From: Takakia lepidozioides
Lineage: Eukaryota; Plantae; Bryophyta
Direction: 5' to 3'
DNA: 64,000 nt
NCBI GenBank assembly: GCA_030704615.1
Contig: CM060731.1
Span: 48,422,001-48,486,000 of the forward strand
Shown piece by piece: positions 48,926 through 61,593 of the stretch. The notes under the pieces were generated by a model. The model did no database searches, was not told where the DNA came from, and saw only the letters and a list, made by a program, of their open reading frames with translations. The translations under genes were made by a program, and so were the position numbers. Within the stretch, counting starts at the first letter, position 1; every line of letters begins with the position of its first letter.

Positions 48926-51900
48926 AGTGCCCTTGTTACACCCAAAACATCATTCCAATTGCGTTGTCTGTTAATGTGTTTGACATGAAGATTTAATTAA
49001 AATTAACAAGTTGTATTGAGTATGATAGAGGGGGAGTCTCCCAAATGTTCAATGCGAATAATTTGTTTGTCGTGATTGTATAATGTAATATGACATCATT
49101 CCACTTTGAAGTGGATGTTCGATGAATTGTTGAATATTGCAACTCCACAAGCACTTCAATGTCAATTGGACCTCTTATATGAAACATTTTATGATAGCAA
49201 GTATGACATCACCTATAATTTCACAAAGTTCATTGAGACATTACACCATGATATTATTAATATTTGAATTAATCCAAAACCACATGAGGGTTGCTTTGTT
49301 TGGGAAAATGGGTGGGTAAAAAAGACCATCCATTACAATTGACCCCAAATCTGCCTCAAATGTGTCCAAATTTTCATCACAAGGTGAATTCTTCTGGTCA
49401 TATTGTTCCTTGCGTGAAAACTCACTACCACAAAAAATTTGGAAGTAACCTATCTACATGAGCTGTTGGAGGGACATGAATAAGGATACCCCTGCACACT
49501 AAAAAAACATTACTGACGACAGTGCTTTTATTATTTTAGGGTGCTATATAGACAGACAGGTGCATAACGTCATGGCGCACAACTTTCATTCAGAAAGTTT
49601 TTTCATCCGAGGTCATCCAACGATTTGCCATCGTGACAAATCGATTTCTGATTTCTGACGCGACCTGAAATGGGTCGCGTCGTCCATTAGGGGTTAAGTT
49701 TGGTCCGGATTTAAGCCAAAAGTCTGGAATTAGTTAAAATTGGGCTTTTAAGCAATTTACGGAGGCTCACTTGCAGCTCATGTGTTGCAAGGAATCTATT
49801 CCACAAGCTGTCCAAGAAGACATTATAATCAAAGCAAGAGAGGATCTTGACAATGCATTACTGAGATGTCAACAGTACTACCTATCTACCAAAGCCTTTC
49901 AAGAGCTACAATGAACTTGTACTTACCATTTCGGAAACACCGTTTGGGAAAGAAAAGAGGCTATAAGCCAAAAGTAGATTTCATCCATGGAACCGGGATT
50001 GCGGAAGTAAATACATATGATGTGAGGGCCCACCCCCGAAAGGGGGTAGTAGCCGCAAGGCGAAGTGGCTCTTAGTTACGCCGGCCCCGGCCGGAGTCAT
50101 TTCTCTATATATAATGCAAGTGGTCTACGAGACTCTTGGCTTAGCAAAAGTGGAAGCAGTTTTGGGCGATGCACTTCGTGAGTTTTCATATGTTCTTGCT
50201 TATCTTACAAATTTAATATAAACCGCATAACATATATAACAACATAACATATATACAACAAAAGATATCAGAAATATTGGTAACGAGGGTAAACACTTCA
50301 TTTGCTAGGTCTGTCCAATTGTGTAAGTTCGTAAAATCTTTAGAAAAAACACCATAGACCAGCAATGATGATTCTGACCAGTTGCTAAACTCCACACAGT
50401 TTAGCTTTGCAATGTAAATAGCCAGTTTGACATGTTTTTTTCCTTATTTCCGTTGCTCTAAAAGACAAAAATGACAACAAAAACACTGAGAACAATACGA
50501 CATAGCAGAATTTGGTCGACATTTTTTCTTGTTGCTGCATTATTTAACCCTGCAATTTTTACAAAACTACAACAATATATTTGAGTATCCCAACAATCTT
50601 GAAAGGGAGGGTCATACACGTGAAGCTTGACACTGAACTTCTACGTCCTGATATTCAGCTAGACGTGGTAATGTGAAACATGGGACTTCACTTCCTTCCT
50701 CAATACACTTATTCATAAGTTTATTGACTAGCAAGCATGGTTGGGTTTTTTCTTTTGCTATCAAGGATTCTAGATTTGACAAAGTCTTATATGTTTCATT
50801 CTTATATACTAAGAGAGGGTTTATGAGTTTGCAAGCCTGAATGCTAGGTCACTTAATTTTCTTGTTGGCAGCGTTTGACATCGAAGTCACCCGCCCATTT
50901 TCTTTCTCTACACTACTGATACTCTGTGGACAAATCCCTGAATCCAAGGATTTGAGCAAAAGGGTTGACCCTAAACTGCGATGGGTTTTGGGCTGGGGGA
51001 GCAAATGGGCCATTCTATCTTCCCTACATAAGTCATTTGTAGAGGCCTAGACAATTCTTACCCAACTTGCAGAATTGCAAGAGGACCTCTCTTGGAAATT
51101 TTCAGATTTCTCCCTCAAAGAAGAGACATAGCAGACCGAGGTCGAAAAGAAGATAAGAGGTATAATTTGGAGCCACTTGTCCAATGGCAGAGAAAAGATT
51201 GGGCATGCAATACGTGAAGGATTTTATCTCTTTGTGGATCAAGCAAAAGTGTCTATGACAGAAAAGAAGTGCAAATAAAAGAGGACCTTGCATTGTTCAA
51301 TGCGGAGACATTGTTCAATGGGTCATGCGCCATAGAGGCAGCTGACTTTCTCAAGCTCTGCCAGTTTGATGAAGTGATTGAAGAAATTCAAAAGAGGTAC
51401 TTTAAGAACTGTGTGACACGCATGTCATATATAGAGAGGTCTTGCTTATGCCGATTTATCACTGGGCGGGAATACTTTGCAGGGCGAACAATGTATGTGA
51501 CACATCTTGACAGGAGGGATTTTCCGTGTATCCAGTCATGATCAATTACTGGACTTTGGACTCTAGCTATGGAAGACCCTGAGACTAACTTACTGGTTAC
51601 TGATAATAGGATCAAATCTCCCTGGGAGCTAATCGAGGGGTTCCAGCGGCCACAATATATGACTAAATCTTGAGATTGTCATGCCGAAACACCTAAATGT
51701 GAGCTAACCATATGTTATCTCTAAAAGGTATTTATGATCACAATTGGTCCAGATTAGGTAACTGCAATGAACCCTTTTAACTCATATATGATCATGATGA
51801 CACCACTTAATGGACAAATTAATAACCACTGACGCGCACTTTGAGAAAAGTATCAAGTCATGAATGAGTCGAGACTGGAAGAATGAATCCAAACATGCAA

Positions 51901-53160
51901 GAGAGGGGATGACATTTCGTGATCAATGATCACGATTGAGTTTCAACTAAATCAAGGATCCAGGATTGAGTTTCATCCAGATGGAGAGTGGGGGGGTTAG
52001 TCATTAATTATGTTAGTTGAATATTTGTTTAAATAGTAAAGTGAAAGAGGACGCATACTTCTTGGGCACCTTTGGCTCTAGACGCAGTACACTTGCTGTT
52101 CAAAATAGTACCCCCTACTGGTCCATTCAAGGATTATTCTATGATTTCACATTGAATATTCACCAATATTTCAAAATAATTCGGATTTTTCTTTTTCTTT
52201 TTTACATTAAATTTCGTTTCTTTGTGCCCACATCAGAAATATATATGACGACACTGCACACCTGAAACTGTACACATCTTTTAAATGGTCCATTTTAGGT
52301 GTTTCTACCTTAGCTATTGGGCGACTGGGCCATAAGGTGAACATTGGAGTTTTGTTTTCAATGGTTCTTCGTTGTTGTTTACTTTGGCCCTTTGGGCCTT
52401 CAGTTGATGTAATAATTTTCTTTCTCTGTTTTGCCCAAACTGGGTGCGGGGTGTATGGCTACAAGGATAGGCCAAACAATGTCTTATGATTACATTCTCT
52501 TTCTTTGCCTCCGGTTCCGTTTTTACTATTTTGTGGTTCTCTCAGGTGTCCCTTGGCCCTGGCCACGTTATAATGTCTTTCCTTCTTCATTTCTCTCTTG
52601 TGGATATTCGAGGCTGAGCCTAAAGCCCTGGTCCTGTTGGGGTCTAGCTTTTGGGCTACTCACACATCGCATATTGATGCTTGTGTGAAGGGTTTTCTAG
52701 AGGAAAGCCTGAAAAGCCTGAACTAATTGTTTCTACCAAAATAAGTCAGTACACTATCAAAATAAGTGAGCTTGCCTGTCCTGCTGCTATGTCCAAAAGC
52801 ACCACATCCCTACTGCTACTACTAAAACTGCCCACTTGATGATGAAGAGAAGGTAGTGCCTCTGTCAGCACTTATATTTGCTAAACCTGCACGACTTTTA
52901 TCTCGTTCCTACACCGTTTTCCTTATGTCTAAGTTGTCTCCTTCTAATTAGCTGTGTTCAATGAATTTGTTGATATTTGGATCCAAATTGCTTGTCCCCG
53001 CCTCTCCATCGACTGGGGCGAGGCTTTTCCTGCTCCATTATTGTTGACTCCCTATGAGGTAGCTAAGATGGCGCTTGGCTTTGCAAAGCCTTGGTCCTAA
53101 GATTTTGTGAAAACCGGAACCGGTCCAGGTTATGAAATAAATCAAATAACTGCCCAACAC

Positions 53161-53320
53161 TTGTGATGTGGGTTGAACATAACTTATAACATTCAATGAT
53201 GCGGTTTTTGTGGACGTCATGAGTTATGGTACTGAAAGTAAAACAAGATCATTTAAAGAGCCTTTTTGTGTATACTGGGTGACAAGAATCATGGACACAT
53301 GTCTGCTCGAAACCTTCTGA
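53161..53320. repeat. ~160-bp dispersed copy of the sequence just downstream of PAL (57125-57286)
   Basis: TTGTGATGTGGG...CATTCAATGATGCGG...GTGGACGTCATGAGTT...CATTTAAAGAGCC...GACAAGAAT.ATGGACA...GCTCGAAA at both sites. Confidence 0.85.
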
Positions 53321-53519
53321 AAATACATGTGATCATTAAAATTCAACGTTTGCATGAAATTTCAAAAAATTAAAAAAATATGCGACCAAAATTGTTTGGC
53401 GGTTGCAATTGGTAATAATAATAATAATAATTACTAGTTCACACTCTATCCGATAGTCAACCCATGACTATGAGGAATGAGACTACAGCAAAGAGAATTT
53501 TAGATATTGCTCTCACTAA

Positions 53520-53625
53520 ACAACACGTTGACAAAAGGCTGGCTAGCAAGATTTTTCTGACGAGGAAGTTCTTAATGATCCGAATAAATTCTGTGGACAC
53601 AATGGAGCGGCACCTCAACTTGCTC
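53520..53625 (+). mobile_element. Small Ty1/copia gag (UBN2-like) remnant
   Basis: KRLASKIFLTRKFLMIRI.S.DTMERHLN resembles copia gag. Confidence 0.45.
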
Positions 53626-54396
53626 TTGAGTGTCTCTCCAAGGGAAAATCTCCAAGAAGAGAAGGTTTTCCTACCAAATGTTTTCTCGACTTCTGGAACA
53701 CTGTTGGCTCGAGCTTGTTGGCTCTTTTTAGGAAGTACTAGACTTTGGGGTATTGCATATATACCTCAGTACAATAATAGTTTTTTTAATTCCAAAAAGA
53801 GGAGATCAACCTCGTCTCAAGAATTGGAGGCCGATTACATTACTAGGCACAATTGATACAAAAATCTTGCAAAATTCTTGTCACTCGTGTGTAGTCTCTA
53901 CTCTTTGATTAGACCTTATCAAACGACTCCATAATCTACAACTTGACTTGTAGATAAAGTTAGAGACATTACAAGTAACTCTCTATTTAAAGAGGCTTTT
54001 GTCTTAAAGTTAAAGCTACTACATAGTCCATTACTTAACATATATAATAAAAATAGGTCTAAAAGGCAAGTCTTTAGTGATTGCTCTTAGCCTAGCTAGA
54101 ACTATAAAAAGCTCAGGGTGAAGCCATAAATCAGTTGTTCATGGTGTGTGCTTCTATGGTTGGGTGGAGAGTTGAAACATTGTGAGACCAGTCAATTCGA
54201 CTATAAAACTTATAACTTTTGAAGCGTGCAATCATTGGCTTACATTGAATAGCTTCATAGCTCTGTACCTGGGAATAGAACAACAAATTAGTTGGGCAAG
54301 CAATCGAAAACCCTCGGAAGTGGTGACTGTGTGCAGCCGCAAATGGGTGGGTTGAAATCGGGTGTACAATTTCTTCAGGGACTTGGTTCACCAAAG

Positions 54397-55799
54397 ATGT
54401 GGCCATTTGTACCTGGTCCAGCTTTCATGCCCGTTGCTTGGCTACGGTCCGCCAACCTGCTGCTACTGCTGATTTTGTTGTCTATGAGCGATTGGGTCTC
54501 AGTTAAAGGTAAGCTTCAGTCTCCTCTCCTAGACGGCACCTGGGTGATTTGTTTGTTCAGCTGGCTTCGATAGGTAGTGTCTCTTGAATACACCAAGTCT
54601 AGTGCGCACTGCGGACCTAATTCTTGATGCACCTCGAACAGTTTTCGTCATGTGTTTCCACCATGTCATTTCTCCACGTTAAAGGGCTTTGAAATCCGAG
54701 CATGCTTTGTCATAAAGTTTGATATGATATATTCCCATCTGATTGCTCACTTGAGGCTTTCCGAACTTTAAAGAGAGCAATGAAACTTGGTTCCTATTTC
54801 ACAGAGCATATATATTTGTGCAGGTGGTTCTACTATTGGAGTCTCCTACGGGAGAGAGGGGGATAATCTTCCATCGCCGCACAAGTAGTCCAACTACTCG
54901 AATCTTTACAGGTGCAGAACGTCAGAATCTATGACACAGACGGAGGAGTACTTGGAGCATTTGCGGGGATTGACGTCTCCATAACAATGCTGAACCAGGA
55001 TATTCCAAATATCGCTTCCAGTGAAGGTGCGGCACAAAACTGGGTTAGCACCAACTTGCAGCCGTACATCCCTGCAACTAAGATCAGCTTGATTGCAGTC
55101 GGAATCGAGATATTGACTAGCGATGATGGGATAGCGTCGCAGCTGGTACCAGCAATGCAGAATTTGCACAGTGCTCTAGTATCTGCAGGTTTGGATGGGA
55201 GCATTAAAATCTCGACTACGCATGCTTTCAATGTGCTGCAGACCTCATACCCTCCATCTGCAGGAGCCTTTCTGAGCAGCTATGCTACATCGGTCATGCA
55301 GCCTCTCTTAGGCTTTTTGGCTGAAACACAGTCGGTGTTCCTAGTTAACGTTTACCCGTTTTTCTGCTACACATACAACTCCGCAACTATAGATATAAAC
55401 TACGCGCTCTTCAATCCAAACGCCCCCACAGTTACAGATCAAGGCCGAACGTACAACAACTTGTTTGATGCACAGATTGACGCATTAATCTCTGCCATGA
55501 CAACCCTTGGTTATGGGGATATACCTATGGTGGTCACGGAGTCTGGGTGGCCTTCTGTCGGTGACCCGGACCAGGTGGGTGCCAGTTTGGCAAACGCACA
55601 AACCTACATCAACAACCTTGTGAAGCACGTTCTCGCAAATCCACCGCTTGGCACCCCTCTGAGACCTGGAGTGGCAATTCAGACTTACATATTTGCAGTC
55701 TTCAACGAAGACCAAAAGCCTGGTGCCACCAGTGAGCGCAACTGGGGTCTTTATTATCCCGACATGACACCAGTGTACACCGCGAATTTGTCCGTTTGA
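54397..55799 (+). pseudogene. GH17 glucan endo-1,3-beta-glucosidase with a 1-bp frameshift (~54879); exon 1 ends 54508, exon 2 starts 54824
   Basis: Signal peptide exon; IGVSYGREGDNLPSP then a frameshift into QVVQLL...VRIYD; NVYPFF; YNNLFDAQID; nucleophile VVTESGWPS; YIFAVFNEDQKPG.TSERNWGL. The acid/base motif reads VGIE instead of VGNE. Confidence 0.85.
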
Positions 55800-56927
55800 G
55801 TAAAGCTTAGACCTTTGATTTGTGCTCAGTGTTCCATCACGTTGGGTTACAAATTCATACCTCGGCAGGGCAGATGGAAAAAAGATCTACCAGACCTGGA
55901 AACTGAATCTCATACTTTTCACCTGGGGCTGAACATTAAGGTTGATCATTCTTTTGTGAGTTGCATTTTGAATTTGGGTATAGTTATTGTATCAGAAGCT
56001 TTCATTCTGTAGAAACTTGATTCATGTTTAGTATTTACCCAGGATCAGAGTGATCACCAGACAGACAGCTGATCAACCACAACCATGTACATTTTGGGGC
56101 ACCATTCTTGAATGACGAATACTTGGAATTGAGCTACACTAAGAATCTTACCTCTTGTCTCTCTGAGTTCCAAAGACATGCTGAAGTTGTTGATAGCTTC
56201 TCTTTGTATGCACAGAGTGAGGGAATGCATTGTCAGCCATCTTGCATGTCACCACACATTGCTTGGTGTGTCTAAGAAGTACACAAATGGTGCTAGTGGC
56301 CGAGTAGTGGCCTCATCTTTCACATAAATTCAAATAAATATAACTGCTAAATACAGAAAATAGCAGACACTTACCGAAGATAATAGAAATAATGTAACAA
56401 CTTAATGCACACAGGCAACCTCTGACATGATGGTAGGCCGGTTTCCGGCATGTCAAATCTTCTCCACCCTCTCTTGAGGTGACATGGAACTGAAGGAGTG
56501 TAAACTCCCTATACTAAGATTCTTCATCAAGCATTGCCAATGGTACCATAGGCCCTGCCTTCCAGATCTCCAGGTCAGTATGACAAGGATGTTTCCTAGT
56601 CCATACCTTATTTGCTTACTATTGACTGCCTTGGATGTGTCTTATGAGATGTGGGTCGTGGCATTAAAGGTTTGAGGCTTCCCAATATGCAAAACCTTAC
56701 AGACCAGGAATTGGCAGATGGCAAAGCCTTAAACTCTTTAACGGACCAAATGAGAATTTATCAAGGACCAAACATGTGTTGGACTTATTTTGCCAAGCAT
56801 TTGGTGCATAAATTAATTGGCATAAGTGTTGGGCATTATAGGACATCTCAACGAATCCCGAGCCATTCCAATGAGGAGACTCTGTCAATTGAATCTGGCT
56901 TGGTGAGGCTACAAAATACCTTGGCTT

Positions 56928-57094
56928 CACTACAACAGAACGTGGTTTTATGACTACCACTATGACTGCCCCACAGTCATGAAAAAGTATGACTGTAGGG
57001 CTCATATATAGTCATGCAGACACACCGTGTCACTTTTTTCACTATAGATGGTCGTAGTCATGAATGTACCAAATCAAATCCTTAACTGTTAGTG
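56928..57094. mobile_element. CACTA-like terminal remnant
   Basis: Starts CACTACAACAGAA, with direct and inverted TATGACT/AGTCAT subterminal repeats. The other end is degenerate and no TSD was found. Confidence 0.4.
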
Positions 57095-57486
57095 ATCATC
57101 ATATTGAGTTTGTTACTTGTAAAATTGTGATGTGGGTGGAATAGAACTTATCACATTCAATGATGCGGAGGATGATTTTTGTGGACGTCATGAGTTCTGG
57201 TGAAAGTAAAACAGGGTCATTTAAAGAGCCCTTTTGTGTATACTGCGTGACAAGAATTATGGACATGTTTGCTCGAAAGCTTTCTGTGAGGAGACGGTGA
57301 ATGACTAGTTTAGGGAATTGTTGCTACTTACAGCTCAAATGAAGAGCCTCTAGGTAGATGCATGTACATCTTTCCTTATGTTCTACTTCAGCGGTTGCTC
57401 AATAAATGCATATATGATGCACATGTCGGAAGTCAAGTTAAAAATTCCGAATCCCTGTGACGATCTACTATCTACTGAAATCCGCC

Positions 57487-59667
57487 TTAGCAGCGCTGGG
57501 AAAAAGGGCCGGGTGTCCCAGTCCAACCGTCAACGCATTTGAGAAGAGGATCCACAAGCTTGCCTTCGGAGATGGCATTATACACCTTCTCAATCTCTTG
57601 ACCAGGAGACACAGTCCTCAAGCCTGACAGCAACTGGGTCCCTAATTCTGACCTCACAAATTTGTAGAGAGGGTATGTCCTGCAGTCTTCAATCCGGTTT
57701 GGCACTGCCGAATACCCCTTGTTATCGTACGACTCCCGGACCAAAGGTACAGCAATGTTCAGGCGCGTCTTCAACTCCTCTTCAAATATTGCGATCCTGT
57801 GGAACACTGATGTAGTCTCCGATTTTTCATTCTTGGGGTTCTGGAGCGCATGACTCACCAAGACTTCCCTTAGTTTCTGCATCAAGGGGTAAGTTTCACT
57901 GCTGGCGTCATCGATGTAGCTGAATACAGGCTGCCGATCCACCAGGCTGAGAAGGTCCTTCTCGCAGAACCGTGATGGCAAAAGTTCGCCGTTACTGCAT
58001 GTGAAGAGCGTCTTCTTGGCGACCTGGGACACAATTTGCTTCACTGCCGTCTGCATCGTCTCCTCGATGTGGCGAAGGTCTACTGCCTGGCATAGACCCA
58101 CCAAGAAAGTGGAGCTCATAAGCTTCAGAATCTCAATAGATTCCTCGGTCTTTCTTGCAGACACTAGACCCAGTGAGTTGACATCCTGGTTGTGCTGCTC
58201 CGCGCTTTGCACGTGGGTGGTCACTGGGTTGGCCAAGTAGTTCAACTCCGAGAGGTATGAAGCCATGGCGATCTCCCCGCCCTTCATTCCGTAGTCCAGA
58301 CTTGGGTTAGGTCCTCCACTGAGGTTTGAAGGAAGCCCATTGTTGTAATAGTCGTTTACCAGCTCAGAGAACTGTGCAAACATGAGCTTCCCAATCGCAG
58401 CAACGGCCAACCGCATGTTGTCCATAGAGACTCCAATGGGGGTTCCCTGGAAATTCCCGCCATGAAGGGCCCTGTCGCCGGCAGCATCGATGATTGGGTT
58501 GTCGTTGACAGAGTTGATTTCTCTTTGAATGGCATGTGTGGCATTGCGAATCACCTCCACCTGTGGGCCCAGCCATTGTGGGGAAGTCCGTAGCGCATAT
58601 CGATCCTGCTTGGGTTTCTTCAGGGGGTCGGTCTCATGCAATTTTGCTGCTGCCTTCATGTACGAGCTTCCATCGAGCACCCACTCCATAATGGCAGCCG
58701 CCTCCATCTGCCCTGGGTGGTGCTTCAGTTTGTGCGTCAAGGGATCAGCAAACTCGGGCTTTCCTTGCATCACCTCACAGAACAGGGCCGAAAGAACCTC
58801 AGCCAGTAGGACCATCACATTGGCGTCAAAGCAGACAGTGGATGCCAAGGCTGACCCCACCGCTGTTCCATTGACAATGGCGAGGCCTTCCTTGGGCTGC
58901 AATTCAAAAGGTTTCTCGACCCCGGCCAGTCTCAGAGCTTCCAAGGCTGACACTTCCTGTCCGTCCTCGGTGACAGCTCTGGAGTTGGGCCTGGCAGTAA
59001 GTAGTCCCGCGATGTAAGATAAGGGAACAAGGTCTCCAGAAGCGGTGACGGTCCCTCGGAGTGGCAACTTGGGTGTGACATTTGCATTCAAAAGCTTTTC
59101 CATGGCTTCCAGGATCTCCCAACGAATGCCAGAGAATCCCTGCATTAACGTGTTTGTGCGCACGAGCATGGCTGCCCGCGTGGTGCACGCTGGGAGGGTG
59201 TTGCCCTTGCCCAAAACTCCCGCATTCAGAAACCTAATGAGCTCTCTCTGGAGCTCCACCCCTTGCTGTGTACGCCGGTGAGAGGTGGCTCCGAAACCAG
59301 TTGTGACGCCATAGATATCCCCACCGTTCATGATCTTCTGGAGAACCCAGTTGGAGCTCTCGTCCACTCGATTCTTGGCATTGGCGGTATCCAGCACCAC
59401 TCTCACCTCTGGTCGGCGGGCCACGGCTGCCACTTGAGCAACCGTCAAGGTCACCCCTTCAATGGCTACTTCGGTTGCGTCATAGAATGTTTTCACCATA
59501 TCTTTAACCTCGTCCAGGTGATTGCCTTGCAGGGCTGAGGCTGCTCGCCCCCAGTTCAGAGGGTCAGCAAGCTGCACCTTTGTGCTAAAGGATTCCAAAC
59601 TAGCCTCGTGCGCAGCTTTGATGCCACTGCCATTGACGCTCACCCGAGCTCCGTGGGCCGTCACCAT
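57487..59667 (-). CDS. PAL: Phenylalanine ammonia-lyase, intronless, 726 aa
   Basis: DPLNW; [15 protein letters not shown]; ELIRFLNAG (Phe at the specificity position, so PAL rather than PTAL); MIO triad TASGDL; [12 protein letters not shown]; NDNP; HGGNFQG; EQHNQDVNS. Confidence 0.98.
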   Translation of the reverse strand: MVTAHGARVSVNGSGIKAAHEASLESFSTKVQLADPLNWGRAASALQGNHLDEVKDMVKTFYDATEVAIEGVTLTVAQVAAVARRPEVRVVLDTANAKNRVDESSNWVLQKIMNGGDIYGVTTGFGATSHRRTQQGVELQRELIRFLNAGVLGKGNTLPACTTRAAMLVRTNTLMQGFSGIRWEILEAMEKLLNANVTPKLPLRGTVTASGDLVPLSYIAGLLTARPNSRAVTEDGQEVSALEALRLAGVEKPFELQPKEGLAIVNGTAVGSALASTVCFDANVMVLLAEVLSALFCEVMQGKPEFADPLTHKLKHHPGQMEAAAIMEWVLDGSSYMKAAAKLHETDPLKKPKQDRYALRTSPQWLGPQVEVIRNATHAIQREINSVNDNPIIDAAGDRALHGGNFQGTPIGVSMDNMRLAVAAIGKLMFAQFSELVNDYYNNGLPSNLSGGPNPSLDYGMKGGEIAMASYLSELNYLANPVTTHVQSAEQHNQDVNSLGLVSARKTEESIEILKLMSSTFLVGLCQAVDLRHIEETMQTAVKQIVSQVAKKTLFTCSNGELLPSRFCEKDLLSLVDRQPVFSYIDDASSETYPLMQKLREVLVSHALQNPKNEKSETTSVFHRIAIFEEELKTRLNIAVPLVRESYDNKGYSAVPNRIEDCRTYPLYKFVRSELGTQLLSGLRTVSPGQEIEKVYNAISEGKLVDPLLKCVDGWTGTPGPFSQRC

Positions 59668-59977
59668 CCTCGCAGAACTTTAATGGAGACCGTGGAAAGA
59701 AAACTAAATAATCTTGAATTATATACCGTCCCTGTGAGTGTTGAGAAAGGAACAGAGAGAAGAGAGGGCTGTTGCGAGCTACACGGATCAGTACAGAGAA
59801 AGGAACTTCAATGGATGGAATTGCAGGTGATCTTAGTGCTGTTGAAAGCAACTATACATATGTTTTGAACAGAAAAATACTCAAACTGGAGAAGGATGGA
59901 GAATTCAATAATATCTCTGAGACACCCAATCCCGAGGTTGATCGGAGAGTGGTGAGAATGAGAGTCCTGAGGAGCTG

Positions 59978-59985
59978 TATTTATA
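59978..59985 (-). promoter_or_regulatory. Candidate TATA box of PAL
   Basis: TATAAATA ~310 bp upstream of the ATG, followed by a CT-rich leader. Confidence 0.5.
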
Positions 59986-61593
59986 AGCAGTGCACATAAG
60001 AGCTAGTCATGTGGGACCCAGGGCGCTGATACGAAGCTGGCTGGCAGGCTCCAATACATAGGCAGTCCACGGCTGCTTTGCGACTCGCCATAGCTCAAAT
60101 CTGCACGCGGCCTTACTTGACCAGGTCACGCAAAGTTGAAGAACTGACCAGTATGTGATAGAAAACATATATATAATTTTCACCATCTGAAGCGGATCTC
60201 ACGAGTGAAGTGTTGATCAGCTCAGCAGCTCAGCAGCCTCTCGAGAATATGAGCAGACCATGTTGACCGGCTTCTCTCCACAATATGTGGAGCCACAACA
60301 CACGTTGCTAGTGAGGCGAGCTGGGAAACGCGCTGCCAAATGTGAGCACCACCTCTTTGACTATTTGAAAACCGTCCAAAGCCAACTACATACACTTCTT
60401 TGACTGAAGCATGGAAGATGAGGAGCACGTTGACAATTGAGTCAAATGGGGAATATGTTTTAAATATTTAGTTGATCTATGGAAGTGGAAAACTGTCCAA
60501 TTTGAAAACAGAACTTCGGTCATGTGTTGTACCTGGCTGTTGTTTTTGCTCAAGAAATTTGAACATGCGAAGACAAGTCATCTGATCTGTAATAAGTGAC
60601 ATCAATGGAGGTCTAGAGTCTAGAGTCTCTCTTGGACAGGGAGTGACTATAAGAAATTAACAAGGTATCAGCATAGTAAAAGAAGCCTAGGCTGCATGTA
60701 TACTGTCCGTATATGTCAATAGTAAAATGATCAAAATCTTGTTGGATGGTCTGCATCCACAGGATTGAACTGTCTTAATGATTCAATAATCGTGGGGGGA
60801 GGGTGCATAGGTATCGTGGGATGCGCTCATTGCGGGAGAGAATGATGAAACGTTTCGACCGAGGATTGAGCAAGAAGTCGTAGAGCTCGTCCTGATTGTC
60901 ATATGTTGTATTACAGAGAAGCAGCAGCAAGAGACATGCAAGTTACGTACGAAGAGATTATGGATGTTGCATTTAATCGAATTCATGAGGAAGCTGCTAT
61001 GATCTAGATAGGCATAAATCTTTAGGGCCCCTAAACTCTTATACCTAAGATTTGCATTATATATATACGCTTTATCATGTTTGGCGTTTTACTCGAGACA
61101 GTTTGCTTCAAGCGCTCTGAGTCAGTAGAAAAATACATTCCACTGATCCATACATATAAGATACCGCCCTTGTCGGCCTTATGTAGTTGTAACTTTTTCC
61201 TTGAAATTTGAGACACTACGATGTGGTGTCTAAGATGTAACTAGTGTTAACGTAGAGTGAAAGCTACGTACAGATTGCATCACATCGTGGCTCTTTGTGA
61301 TATGTGGTGTCCTGCCTAGTGTATCGGTCTAGTTGCTGATGATACGGACTACATGGAGCTGCACCACCTTGTATGGAATATGAATAGAGCTGGCGATTCG
61401 GTGGCCGGTTCCCAGGACGAGAAGTTGGATGTCGGATCCCAAGTCTCCTTGGATTGCGATATAATGGAGTACCCAACTGAACATTTGAGCACACTGGATG
61501 CTGAGAGCGATCATTGCCATGGAGGCAAAAAGCGTAGTGACTCATACATTGTACAAGCTGCTGAACAATATCCTCAACGGGTGATTGACATTG

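Noticed and set aside
50024-50073. Hammerhead or HDV-like ribozyme
   Set aside because: No CUGANGA core and no nested double pseudoknot could be built.
51180-51670. Protein-like broken frames (EDLALFNAETLF...RTMYVTHLD)
   Set aside because: Possibly a decayed gene or TE, but I cannot assign a family.
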